From an uncultured Prolixibacteraceae bacterium (GTDB lineage: Bacteria > Bacteroidota > Bacteroidia > Bacteroidales > FEN-979): a stretch of 64,000 nucleotides of DNA. Shown here one piece after another: positions 56,467-64,000 of the stretch. The notes below the pieces were generated by a model that had not been told where the DNA came from, did no database searches, and saw only the letters and a program-made list of their open reading frames with translations. The position numbers and the translations under genes were made by a program. The stretch is taken from NCBI GenBank assembly GCA_964605775.1, contig CAZSDU010000001.1, positions 102,741-166,740 on the forward strand, in the 5' to 3' direction. Position 1 is the first letter of the stretch, and each line of letters opens with the position of its first letter.

Positions 56467-58508
56467 TTTTCCACTATCAGTTTCCTCCCTTCTGCTGCCA
56501 TCTGAAGGATGGACATCTCTTCGAAAAAAAGATAGGGTGGCCATTCAAATCCAAAAGTGGTTTTCGTCAGTTCAGTCAGTTCAAGCGCTTTTAAAGAATC
56601 TATCCCATAAGCAGCCAGGCTGCTGTCGGGGTTTATGGGGTTACCCTCATTCAGTCTCAATGTCACCCAATGAATAAGAAATTGTTCCAGGTTAAGGGGC
56701 TGATCGCTGAAAAAATCTGTCTGAGGTATTTCTCTTTCCGGAAAAAAACGCTCGGAGATAATCTCTAATTGCCCCTTGCACAGTGCTTCCCGAACGGCCT
56801 TTCGCATGATTTTGCCACTTGAGGTTTTCAGGATTGCTCCGCTCCGGATCAGGGTAACGCGTGCAGGTTGGATTTCGAATTCCCGGGAAACGGCTGCCAG
56901 GATATCAGCCATGATCTTATCGTGATCCTGTGGCAGAATGGAACGGCGTAACTCTGCTACGAGGGCAAGTCTTTCTCTTCCGTTTTCTTCAACGGAAAAA
57001 GCGGCGGTACATGTTTTTCGTATGGCAGCATGGGCTTCTTCCACCACTGTTTCAATGTCCTGGGGATAAAAATTGCGGCCCCGGATAATGATCAGATCTT
57101 TCAGTCGCCCCGTAATAAAAAGCTCTCCTTCATGGAGAAAACCCAGATCCCCGGTACGCAGCCAAACCGGTTCATCCTGTCCGGCAGGGCTTGCCCGGAA
57201 AACTTCCTCAGTCAGCTGAGGATTGTTATAATATCCCAGGGCAATGGTGCTTCCACTCCCCCAGATTTCGCCTACACGGTCTTCCGCAAGGATTTTCTTT
57301 GTTTCCGGATCAACGATGAGAACAACAGTATCAAGGCTTGTTTTACCGTTTCCGGTAATGATCCTGACATCCTCTTTTCTATCCCCTTTGCTGATCTTTT
57401 TCACCTGGTGCTGCCCAAGGGCTGAAGCCTGTATTTCCAGGAAATGAGGAACACGGGTTACATCAGCCACGGTAAGGATAAGGGTGGATTCTGCCATACC
57501 ATAACCGGGAGTAAAAGTTTCAGGTCTCAGGCCGCAGGGGGAAAAGGCCTCCAGGAAAAGATCCAGCGTTTGTTTTCTTACAGGTTCGGCGCCACTGTAA
57601 AGCACCCGGAGAGAAGACAAATCCAGGTTTCTTTTCCGGGCCTCCTCAATTCTCCCGACACAATGAAGGTAGGCGAAATCCGGTTGACCGCTCAGTGTAG
57701 CGTGATGGCGTGTGATGGTTTGCAGAAGGCAGATGGGGTCGGCAATGAAATCGAGGGGAGAGATCAAAACGGAGGATGAGCCGGAAAAAACAGTTTCCAG
57801 GATCCCGAAAACCAATCCGAGGTCGTGAAACTGAGGCACCCAGTGCACGGCTACGTCTGCCGGGGTGATTTGAAATAAAATCTGCAGTGAGCGCAGGTTA
57901 TACATTATATTCCTGTGACTCACCATCACCCCTTTGGGTTGTCCTGTCGAACCGGAGGTATATTGCAGGAAGGCAAGGTCTTCAAATCCGGGTTCAAAGG
58001 AATGACTTTCCACGGCTGTTCCTGACAACCAGGAATTTGTATCCATCCATGTCAGGCTATTCAGCAGGGGATCAGAAGAAAAATTTCTTTCCATGGAGCG
58101 GATTATCGTTTCTGTGGTCAAAATAGAAACAGCGCTGCAATCAGAGATGATGGCATGTATCCTTTGCAGGGAACGATTTTTTTTGGGAGGATAGGCAGTC
58201 ACGGGAATGACGGAGGCATAGAGACATCCGAAAAAAGCCAGAATAAAATCCAGCCCGGCAGGGTAGAACAACAGTACTTTTTTCCCTTTCAGTCCATGTT
58301 CTGTAAGCTTCATGGCGATATTCCGGGCGGAGGCATCCAGCTCCCCGTAGGATATGGAAACTTCTTCTTCTTTCCCGTCCACCAGAAAAGAAAAGGCATT
58401 TTTTTCCGGATGTAAGAGGGAACGTTGCTTCACGACAGAAACAAGGCTTGCCTGATGGGGAACCAAATGAAGGTCTCCGGGGACGGGCGTTGGTGTGATC
58501 AAATCCAT
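56463..58508 (-). CDS. fatty acyl-AMP ligase fused to a C-terminal carrier domain (FAAL-ACP)
   Basis: FLQYTSGSTGQPKGV, WVPQFHDLGLV, PGYGMAESTL, LRTGDLGF, GRNFYPQDIE, KTSSGKIMR; C-terminal YGIDSLKALEL. Confidence 0.92.
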   Translation of the reverse strand: MDLITPTPVPGDLHLVPHQASLVSVVKQRSLLHPEKNAFSFLVDGKEEEVSISYGELDASARNIAMKLTEHGLKGKKVLLFYPAGLDFILAFFGCLYASVIPVTAYPPKKNRSLQRIHAIISDCSAVSILTTETIIRSMERNFSSDPLLNSLTWMDTNSWLSGTAVESHSFEPGFEDLAFLQYTSGSTGQPKGVMVSHRNIMYNLRSLQILFQITPADVAVHWVPQFHDLGLVFGILETVFSGSSSVLISPLDFIADPICLLQTITRHHATLSGQPDFAYLHCVGRIEEARKRNLDLSSLRVLYSGAEPVRKQTLDLFLEAFSPCGLRPETFTPGYGMAESTLILTVADVTRVPHFLEIQASALGQHQVKKISKGDRKEDVRIITGNGKTSLDTVVLIVDPETKKILAEDRVGEIWGSGSTIALGYYNNPQLTEEVFRASPAGQDEPVWLRTGDLGFLHEGELFITGRLKDLIIIRGRNFYPQDIETVVEEAHAAIRKTCTAAFSVEENGRERLALVAELRRSILPQDHDKIMADILAAVSREFEIQPARVTLIRSGAILKTSSGKIMRKAVREALCKGQLEIISERFFPEREIPQTDFFSDQPLNLEQFLIHWVTLRLNEGNPINPDSSLAAYGIDSLKALELTELTKTTFGFEWPPYLFFEEMSILQMAAEGRKLIVEN

Positions 58509-58515
58509 TTCGGGG

Positions 58516-58561
58516 CAAAATTAGAAAAAATCGGATTTGATAAAAAAAAACAGTATTTTTG
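58516..58561. promoter_or_regulatory. divergent -7 elements for FAAL-ACP (minus, TAATTTTG 58516-58523) and KAS III (plus, TATTTTTG 58554-58561)
   Basis: Two TAnnTTTG matches in a 92-bp divergent spacer. Confidence 0.55.
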
Positions 58562-58600
58562 CTTAGTTCATCATTCCGGAAGAATCAACAGAAGCTCATA

Positions 58601-59674
58601 ATGGCAATTTTCGAAGTATCTGATGTACGCATTGCCGGTATTTCGGCATGTGTTCCCAAGAAAATCTCCTCCAATCATAATTATAACTGGATTACGCAAA
58701 AGGAGCGCGATCTTCTGATCAAGACCATAGGTGTGGAAACCCGTCATAAGGCTGCAGCGGGGCAAGCCTGTTCCGATCTCTGCCTTCAGGCTGCTGAACA
58801 ATTGCTTGAACGCCTGGGATGGGAACGGCAGGAGATCAATCTGCTGATTTTCGTTTCCCAGTCGAGGGATTATATCATTCCCTCCACTTCTGCTATTCTT
58901 CAAGACAGGTTAAACCTATCCACGCATTGTATGACCCTGGATATTAATCTCGGATGTTCCGGTTATGTTTACGGACTTTCCGTGATCACCAGCCTGATGA
59001 AGACCACCGGTCTCCGGAAAGCATTGTTGCTGGTCGGGGATATTTCCACCCTCACTTCTTCCTACCGTGATAAAAGCACCTTCCCACTTTTCGGTGATGC
59101 CGGAACGGCAACCGCACTGGAGTTGAAAGAGGGAGCTCCTGGGATGCAATTCAACCTGCAGACCGATGGAAGCGGATATGAAGCCATCATCATTTATGAC
59201 GGGGGCGTCAGGAATTTTCCCAGTAAAAAATCATTTATTTTTAAAAAGTACGGGGAAGGAATTTATCGAAACCGCTTACAGGTAGCGTTGAACGGGATTG
59301 AGGTATTCAATTTCTCACTCCGTGAGGTCGTTCCCAACATCAAGGCTACCCTGAGCCATTTCAACCGTAGTCTGGACGAGTTTGACTATCTGGTATTCCA
59401 TCAGGCCAACCGTCTGATCAATGAGACCATCCGGAAGATGCTTAAAGTTGTCCCTGAGAAAGTCCCCTATTCGCTGAAAGATTTCGGTAACACTAGTTGC
59501 TCTTCTATCCCTCTTACCATCGTTACCCAGATCAGGAATGAGGTGGAAAACAAACCCAAGAAACTCCTGTTTTCAGCTTTCGGAATCGGTTTGTCGTGGG
59601 GAAGCGTGCTTCTGGAAACCGATGGCATAATGGTTCCGGAACTTACGGAACAGGAGTATATTCCTAACGTCTGA
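58601..59674 (+). CDS. ketoacyl-ACP synthase III (FabH-like)
   Basis: Cys-His-Asn triad: [19 protein letters not shown]; LFGDAGTAT; start ATG at 58601. Confidence 0.92.
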   Translation: MAIFEVSDVRIAGISACVPKKISSNHNYNWITQKERDLLIKTIGVETRHKAAAGQACSDLCLQAAEQLLERLGWERQEINLLIFVSQSRDYIIPSTSAILQDRLNLSTHCMTLDINLGCSGYVYGLSVITSLMKTTGLRKALLLVGDISTLTSSYRDKSTFPLFGDAGTATALELKEGAPGMQFNLQTDGSGYEAIIIYDGGVRNFPSKKSFIFKKYGEGIYRNRLQVALNGIEVFNFSLREVVPNIKATLSHFNRSLDEFDYLVFHQANRLINETIRKMLKVVPEKVPYSLKDFGNTSCSSIPLTIVTQIRNEVENKPKKLLFSAFGIGLSWGSVLLETDGIMVPELTEQEYIPNV

Positions 59675-59679
59675 CAAGT

Positions 59680-60414
59680 ATGAATGCATTTGATCTGAGC
59701 GGAAAAACAATCCTGGTCACCGGCGCCTCTTCCGGGCTCGGAAGGCAAACAGCCATCAGTGTTTCCCAGCACGGCGCCAGGCTGGTCATCACTGGAAGGA
59801 ATGTAGAAAGGCTGAATGAAACTTTTATGTCGCTAGAGGGTGAAGGACATCTTCAAATGACCGCTGATCTCACGGTTCAGGCAGATATCGACCAACTGGT
59901 GGCCAAGCTCCCTCCTCTTCATGGACTGGTTCACAGCACCGGTATATCCGATATGACACCGGCAAGATTCATTACCAGTGAAACCATTTCGAGAACCTTC
60001 CGCATCAGTTTTGATGCAATCGTCCTTTTAACTGCTGCTATTCTGGGAAAGAAAAAACTGGTCAAGGGGAATAGCTCCATTGTGTTTATTTCTTCCATTT
60101 CCACGCGATATCCTTTCATTGGCGGGGCCATGTATGTCAGCGCCAAAGCGGCCCTTGAAGGCTTTTCAAGGGTTCTCGCCATGGAACTCAATCCGCGGGG
60201 AACCCGGGTGAACTGCATTGCTCCTGCCCTGGTCAGAACCCCCATGATGGATGAAACGGCTGAAAACTATTCTGAAGAAGTCATCAGGCAGATTGAAGCG
60301 CGTCAATTACTTGGCCTCGGAGAACCTATTGATGTGGCCAATGCCATCATATATTTCCTTTCGGATGCATCAAAGTGGGTGACGGCCGGTCATCTGATTT
60401 TAGGAGGAGGTTAG
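59680..60414 (+). CDS. SDR oxidoreductase (FabG-like)
   Basis: [24 protein letters not shown]. Confidence 0.9.
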   Translation: MNAFDLSGKTILVTGASSGLGRQTAISVSQHGARLVITGRNVERLNETFMSLEGEGHLQMTADLTVQADIDQLVAKLPPLHGLVHSTGISDMTPARFITSETISRTFRISFDAIVLLTAAILGKKKLVKGNSSIVFISSISTRYPFIGGAMYVSAKAALEGFSRVLAMELNPRGTRVNCIAPALVRTPMMDETAENYSEEVIRQIEARQLLGLGEPIDVANAIIYFLSDASKWVTAGHLILGGG

Positions 60415-60415
60415 C

Positions 60416-61360
60416 ATGAACAATAGTAAAAACCCTGAGTATTCCATTGTGGTACCGGTTTTCAACAGCAGTGAATCGCTGGAGGAACTGTTCCGGAGGA
60501 CTGCCCAGACCATGCACAAACTGTCAAAGTCATTTGAGGTGATCTTTATCGACGACGATAGTCAGGACGACAGTTGGAGCAAGCTGGAAACCATCCGTAA
60601 CACCCATCCGGAAAAAGTTACGGCCGTACGCCTTGCCCGCAATTTCGGCCAGCACAATGCCACCATTTGCGGCATTGCACAAGCGAATGGGGAATATATC
60701 ATCACCATGGATGATGATCTTCAAAACCCACCGGAGGAAATGGCCAAACTGATCACCACCATGGATGCCGGCCAGGCCGATCTGGTCTATGGTATCTATG
60801 AGAAAAAGAAACATTCCATGGCACGCAACCTGGGCAGCAAAGCGATGAAGGTAACTTCCAGGAGACTGTTCCGCAACAAAGGCAAAGGGTCTTCTTTCCG
60901 CCTGATGAAAGCCTCACTGGGGAAATGCCTGCTTAAACATCAGATAAACTTTATTTATATTGATGAATTGTTTAACTGGTACACCAGCCATATTGGATTT
61001 GTGATGGTTGACCATCAGAAAAGACCCTACCAGAAATCAACCTATAGTTCCCGTTCCCTCTTTTCCATGTTCTCCAACCTGGTAATTTATTATACGGCCA
61101 TCCCATTGCGTATCATGGTTTACGGAGGGTTCATTTCCGCCCTGCTGAGTTTTATTTTCGGGCTGGTATTCATCTACCGGAAAATCGTCCATGACGTACC
61201 CCTGGGGTTTACCGCCCTGATCGTCGCCATCCTTTTTTCCACCAGTATTATCCTTTTATCTCTGGGTGTCATCGGAGAATACCTGAGCCGTATCTATACG
61301 GTTCAAAATAACAAACCCCCTTTTTCCATTAAAACAATCCTCCGCCATGAAGTTCTATAA
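60416..61360 (+). CDS. GT2 polyprenyl-phosphate glycosyltransferase (GtrB/ArnC-like)
   Basis: SIVVPVFN, IDDDSQD, LARNFGQHNA, TMDDDLQNPP, two C-terminal TM helices, GVIGEYLSRIY. Confidence 0.9.
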   Translation: MNNSKNPEYSIVVPVFNSSESLEELFRRTAQTMHKLSKSFEVIFIDDDSQDDSWSKLETIRNTHPEKVTAVRLARNFGQHNATICGIAQANGEYIITMDDDLQNPPEEMAKLITTMDAGQADLVYGIYEKKKHSMARNLGSKAMKVTSRRLFRNKGKGSSFRLMKASLGKCLLKHQINFIYIDELFNWYTSHIGFVMVDHQKRPYQKSTYSSRSLFSMFSNLVIYYTAIPLRIMVYGGFISALLSFIFGLVFIYRKIVHDVPLGFTALIVAILFSTSIILLSLGVIGEYLSRIYTVQNNKPPFSIKTILRHEVL

Positions 61361-62051
61361 ATACGGTATTACCCTGGAAAGACTGAAAGAAGAAGACATT
61401 GAGCTGGTCAGGCAATGGCGGAATTCAGACCCGGTAAGGCTGAACATGAAATACCGTGAAATCATCACGCCTGAGCAACAAAAAGCCTGGTTCCGTTCCA
61501 TCGACAACCTGAATTTCCACTATGTGATCATTCAGTACCAGGGTGAAAAAATCGGATTGCTCAATGACAAGAACATTGACTGGCAGAACCTGACCTCTGA
61601 AACCGGGATCTTTATCGGAAGGCCTGAATTTTACCATACTTTTGTCCCCTACCTGGTATCCATTGCCGGAATAGAAACCTTTTTTTATCTGATCGGTTGG
61701 AAAAAACAATATGCCCATATCCTGCGTAGCAATGCGAATGCCATCCAATATAATCTCGGGCTTGGATACAGGCTTTGCGAAGGTCAGGAAGGCATCGAAC
61801 ACCAGCGGTATGAGATTACCCGTGAAAGTTTTGAGCAGACAGCCGGAAAAATCAGGAAAATGGTCAGATCTGTTGCCGGAAATGACATTAGAAGCAGCAT
61901 GCTGTTTGAACCTCCCGATTATCAAAGCGGCATTGCACAGAAGTTCGAAGCTTTATTTCTGAACAATCATCTGCCTCATCAGCGCAAGGAGACTGCTGAA
62001 GGAGTATGGTATATGGAATGGGATGAAAATGTGACCCCTCAGCCTCACTAA
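61347..62051 (+). CDS. GNAT N-acyltransferase (PseH/RimJ-like)
   Basis: LERLKEEDIELVRQWRN, EQQKAWF, NANAIQYNLGLGY. Confidence 0.8.
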   Translation: MKFYKYGITLERLKEEDIELVRQWRNSDPVRLNMKYREIITPEQQKAWFRSIDNLNFHYVIIQYQGEKIGLLNDKNIDWQNLTSETGIFIGRPEFYHTFVPYLVSIAGIETFFYLIGWKKQYAHILRSNANAIQYNLGLGYRLCEGQEGIEHQRYEITRESFEQTAGKIRKMVRSVAGNDIRSSMLFEPPDYQSGIAQKFEALFLNNHLPHQRKETAEGVWYMEWDENVTPQPH

Positions 62052-62063
62052 TGCTCTCCGGCA

Positions 62064-63515
62064 ATGCTTTTCAATTCGATCGGATACCTGCTTTTTCTTC
62101 CTGTCACGGTTATCGTTTATTATTTTTTACCCTCTCGTTGGCGCCGGATCTTCCTCCTGGCCGCCAGTTATATTTTTTACCTCTTCTGGAAGGTTGAATT
62201 CGTTCTGGTATTGATGGCTGCCACCCTGGTTTCGTATTTTGCCTCCAGGCAAATGGGGCTGGTCCAACGCAAGAAAAAAAGGTTGAAGTACCTGGTTTTC
62301 GTTCTGGTTATAAACCTTGGAATGCTGTTCGTATTCAAATACCTTTTCTTTTTTACTGATCTCCTGAGCGAGATGGCCGGGATTGCCGGGTTCAGGATAA
62401 GTATTCCGATGATGAATATAATCCTGCCTGTCGGGATATCGTTTTATACTTTCCAGACCATTGGTTATGCCGTTGATGTTTACCGGGGGGTGATCAGACC
62501 TGAGCAAAATGCCGGGGTGTATGCCTTATTCGTATCTTTTTTCCCCCTGGTGCTGGCTGGTCCTATTGAAAGGGGGAGGAATCTGATTCCCCAGCTTCAT
62601 CTGAAACACAACTTTGATCCTCAACTGATCAGTTCAGGCCTGAGGCTGATCTTATGGGGAATGTTCAAGAAAATTGTCATCGCCGACCGGCTTTCCACCA
62701 TTGTTCAGCCGGTTTTTATGGAACCGGGATATTTTCATGGGATTGAGATCGTATTTGCCATTGTTTTAAAGATCATGCAGGTCTATGCTGATTTTTCAGG
62801 GTATACTGATATCGCCATCGGTTCGGCCAGGTTGCTGGGGTTCAGGCTGAGTCCCAATTTCAAGCGTCCCTTTGCCGCTCAATCCATCGCTGCTTTCTGG
62901 AGCCGATGGCATATCTCCCTGACTTCCTGGTTGAGGGATTATGTGTATTTCTCCCTGCCTTTCATGTTTCGTGGTAAAACCGTAGCATGGCGAGTTCACC
63001 TGAACCTGCTCTTCACTTTCCTGTTGGTGGGATTCTGGCATGGTCCTTACTGGAATTTTCTTATTTTCGGATTATTGCATGGTTTATTTATCATTCTGGC
63101 CAATATTTTCAAGCCGATGATGATAAATTTCAACCGGATCAGCAGTCTGGACGGAAAACCCGGGCTGCTGAAAGGATTGAACATCACCTGTACATTCCTG
63201 CTGGTGTGTTCCACGGGGTTTTTCTTCGGATCCCATCCCCTCAACGAATCCCTGATCATGATCAGGAACCTCTTTGATTTCAGTCATAGCGGAACTGCTT
63301 TGAAACTGTTGTTCGCGAACAATGATCTGATCCTGGGAATCCTCTTGATTATTTTTATGCTTTGGTTTGAATACCTGATTGCCGTGAAATCCCTGGCTGT
63401 GAAATTTTTAAGCAAACCCATTGTCCTAAGGTATACCGCTTATCTTTTCATGCTGTTTTTCCTGCTTATATTCGGGATCTTTTCAAATCAGCAATTTTTC
63501 TATTTTCAATTTTAA
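62064..63515 (+). CDS. MBOAT O-acyltransferase (AlgI/DltB/PatA-like)
   Basis: LPVGISFYTFQ, FFPLVLAGPIER, DFSGYTDIAIG, FWSRWHISL..WLRDY, GFWHG catalytic His. Confidence 0.95.
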   Translation: MLFNSIGYLLFLPVTVIVYYFLPSRWRRIFLLAASYIFYLFWKVEFVLVLMAATLVSYFASRQMGLVQRKKKRLKYLVFVLVINLGMLFVFKYLFFFTDLLSEMAGIAGFRISIPMMNIILPVGISFYTFQTIGYAVDVYRGVIRPEQNAGVYALFVSFFPLVLAGPIERGRNLIPQLHLKHNFDPQLISSGLRLILWGMFKKIVIADRLSTIVQPVFMEPGYFHGIEIVFAIVLKIMQVYADFSGYTDIAIGSARLLGFRLSPNFKRPFAAQSIAAFWSRWHISLTSWLRDYVYFSLPFMFRGKTVAWRVHLNLLFTFLLVGFWHGPYWNFLIFGLLHGLFIILANIFKPMMINFNRISSLDGKPGLLKGLNITCTFLLVCSTGFFFGSHPLNESLIMIRNLFDFSHSGTALKLLFANNDLILGILLIIFMLWFEYLIAVKSLAVKFLSKPIVLRYTAYLFMLFFLLIFGIFSNQQFFYFQF

Positions 63516-63517
63516 CG

Positions 63518-64000
63518 ATGAAACAGAACAAGCGGTTTTTTGTCAAATTCTTGGTTTTCCTGATCCTAGTCATTGGTATTAATACCGTGTTGAATGCGGT
63601 ATATGATCAATGGATGTACTACAACCGGCTGAATCGCAACCAGGATCAGCAATTCCTGTCTTTTTCCGACACCCTGAAATACCTGATGATGGGTAATTCG
63701 CATAACATAGTGAACCCGGCTCTTCTGAAAAACAGCTACAGCTATGTCACCCCGAGGGAATTATACACCCATACCTACTATAAGCTGAAATATATCCTGG
63801 AAAACACAGATAAAAAGCCGGATTACCTGTTACTTTCAATCGATCCTTTGAATTTTAGTCCGAAAGCCGAAACCGATCTGACTTTTGACGGGTATTGGCG
63901 AAAGTATCTTGATTACTGCGAACTCATAAGTGTTTCCCATGATCTCTCCTACCTCCTGAATTGGGCTTCCGGACATTACTTTTCCTATGTCGGGAACTTT
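63518..64000 (+). CDS. SGNH/DltD-like membrane-anchored protein, truncated by window end
   Basis: Not in ORF track; manual translation MKQNKRFFVKFLVFLILVIGINTVL...YLMMGNSHNIVNP... stays open to 64000; N-terminal TM and G-x-S-H block directly after the MBOAT gene. Confidence 0.65.
   Translation, partial: MKQNKRFFVKFLVFLILVIGINTVLNAVYDQWMYYNRLNRNQDQQFLSFSDTLKYLMMGNSHNIVNPALLKNSYSYVTPRELYTHTYYKLKYILENTDKKPDYLLLSIDPLNFSPKAETDLTFDGYWRKYLDYCELISVSHDLSYLLNWASGHYFSYVGNF

Noticed and set aside
54411-60414. Modular NRPS/type I PKS cluster
   Set aside because: No condensation, type I KS-AT or thioesterase domains; the enzymes are discrete and embedded among glycan genes.

Overview
Chromosomal window from a Bacteroidota (Bacteroidales-like) genome, judged from T9SS C-terminal domains, TAnnTTTG promoters and the housekeeping genes. 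No prophage, IS transposase or CRISPR array was seen. Housekeeping genes include der, era, an initiator tRNA-Met, rlmI, pyrC, mfd, lysC, a PPi-type phosphofructokinase, rfbA, rplU, rpmA, serS and mtnA. Three accessory regions stand out. (1) 9.5-16 kb: a T9SS lamin-tail protein, a SusD-less TonB-dependent receptor and a T9SS OB-fold/PLD protein, possibly an extracellular nucleic-acid scavenging unit. (2) 29.5-46.2 kb: three paralogous large T9SS adhesin-like genes. Two share an apparently identical 3,230-bp core with different heads and tails, and all three carry exchangeable passenger domains inserted in the same loop of Fn3-like host domains. (3) 50.8-64 kb: a surface-glycan locus combining an amino-sugar transaminase, flippase, sulfotransferase, two fatty acyl-AMP ligases (one ACP-fused), ACP, KAS III, SDR, GtrB/ArnC-like GT2, GNAT, MBOAT and an SGNH/DltD-like protein, in alternating orientations. 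Degenerate 7/8-nt tandem repeats recur at gene junctions, and one array lies inside mfd. All assignments come from reading motifs by eye; no database searches were run.
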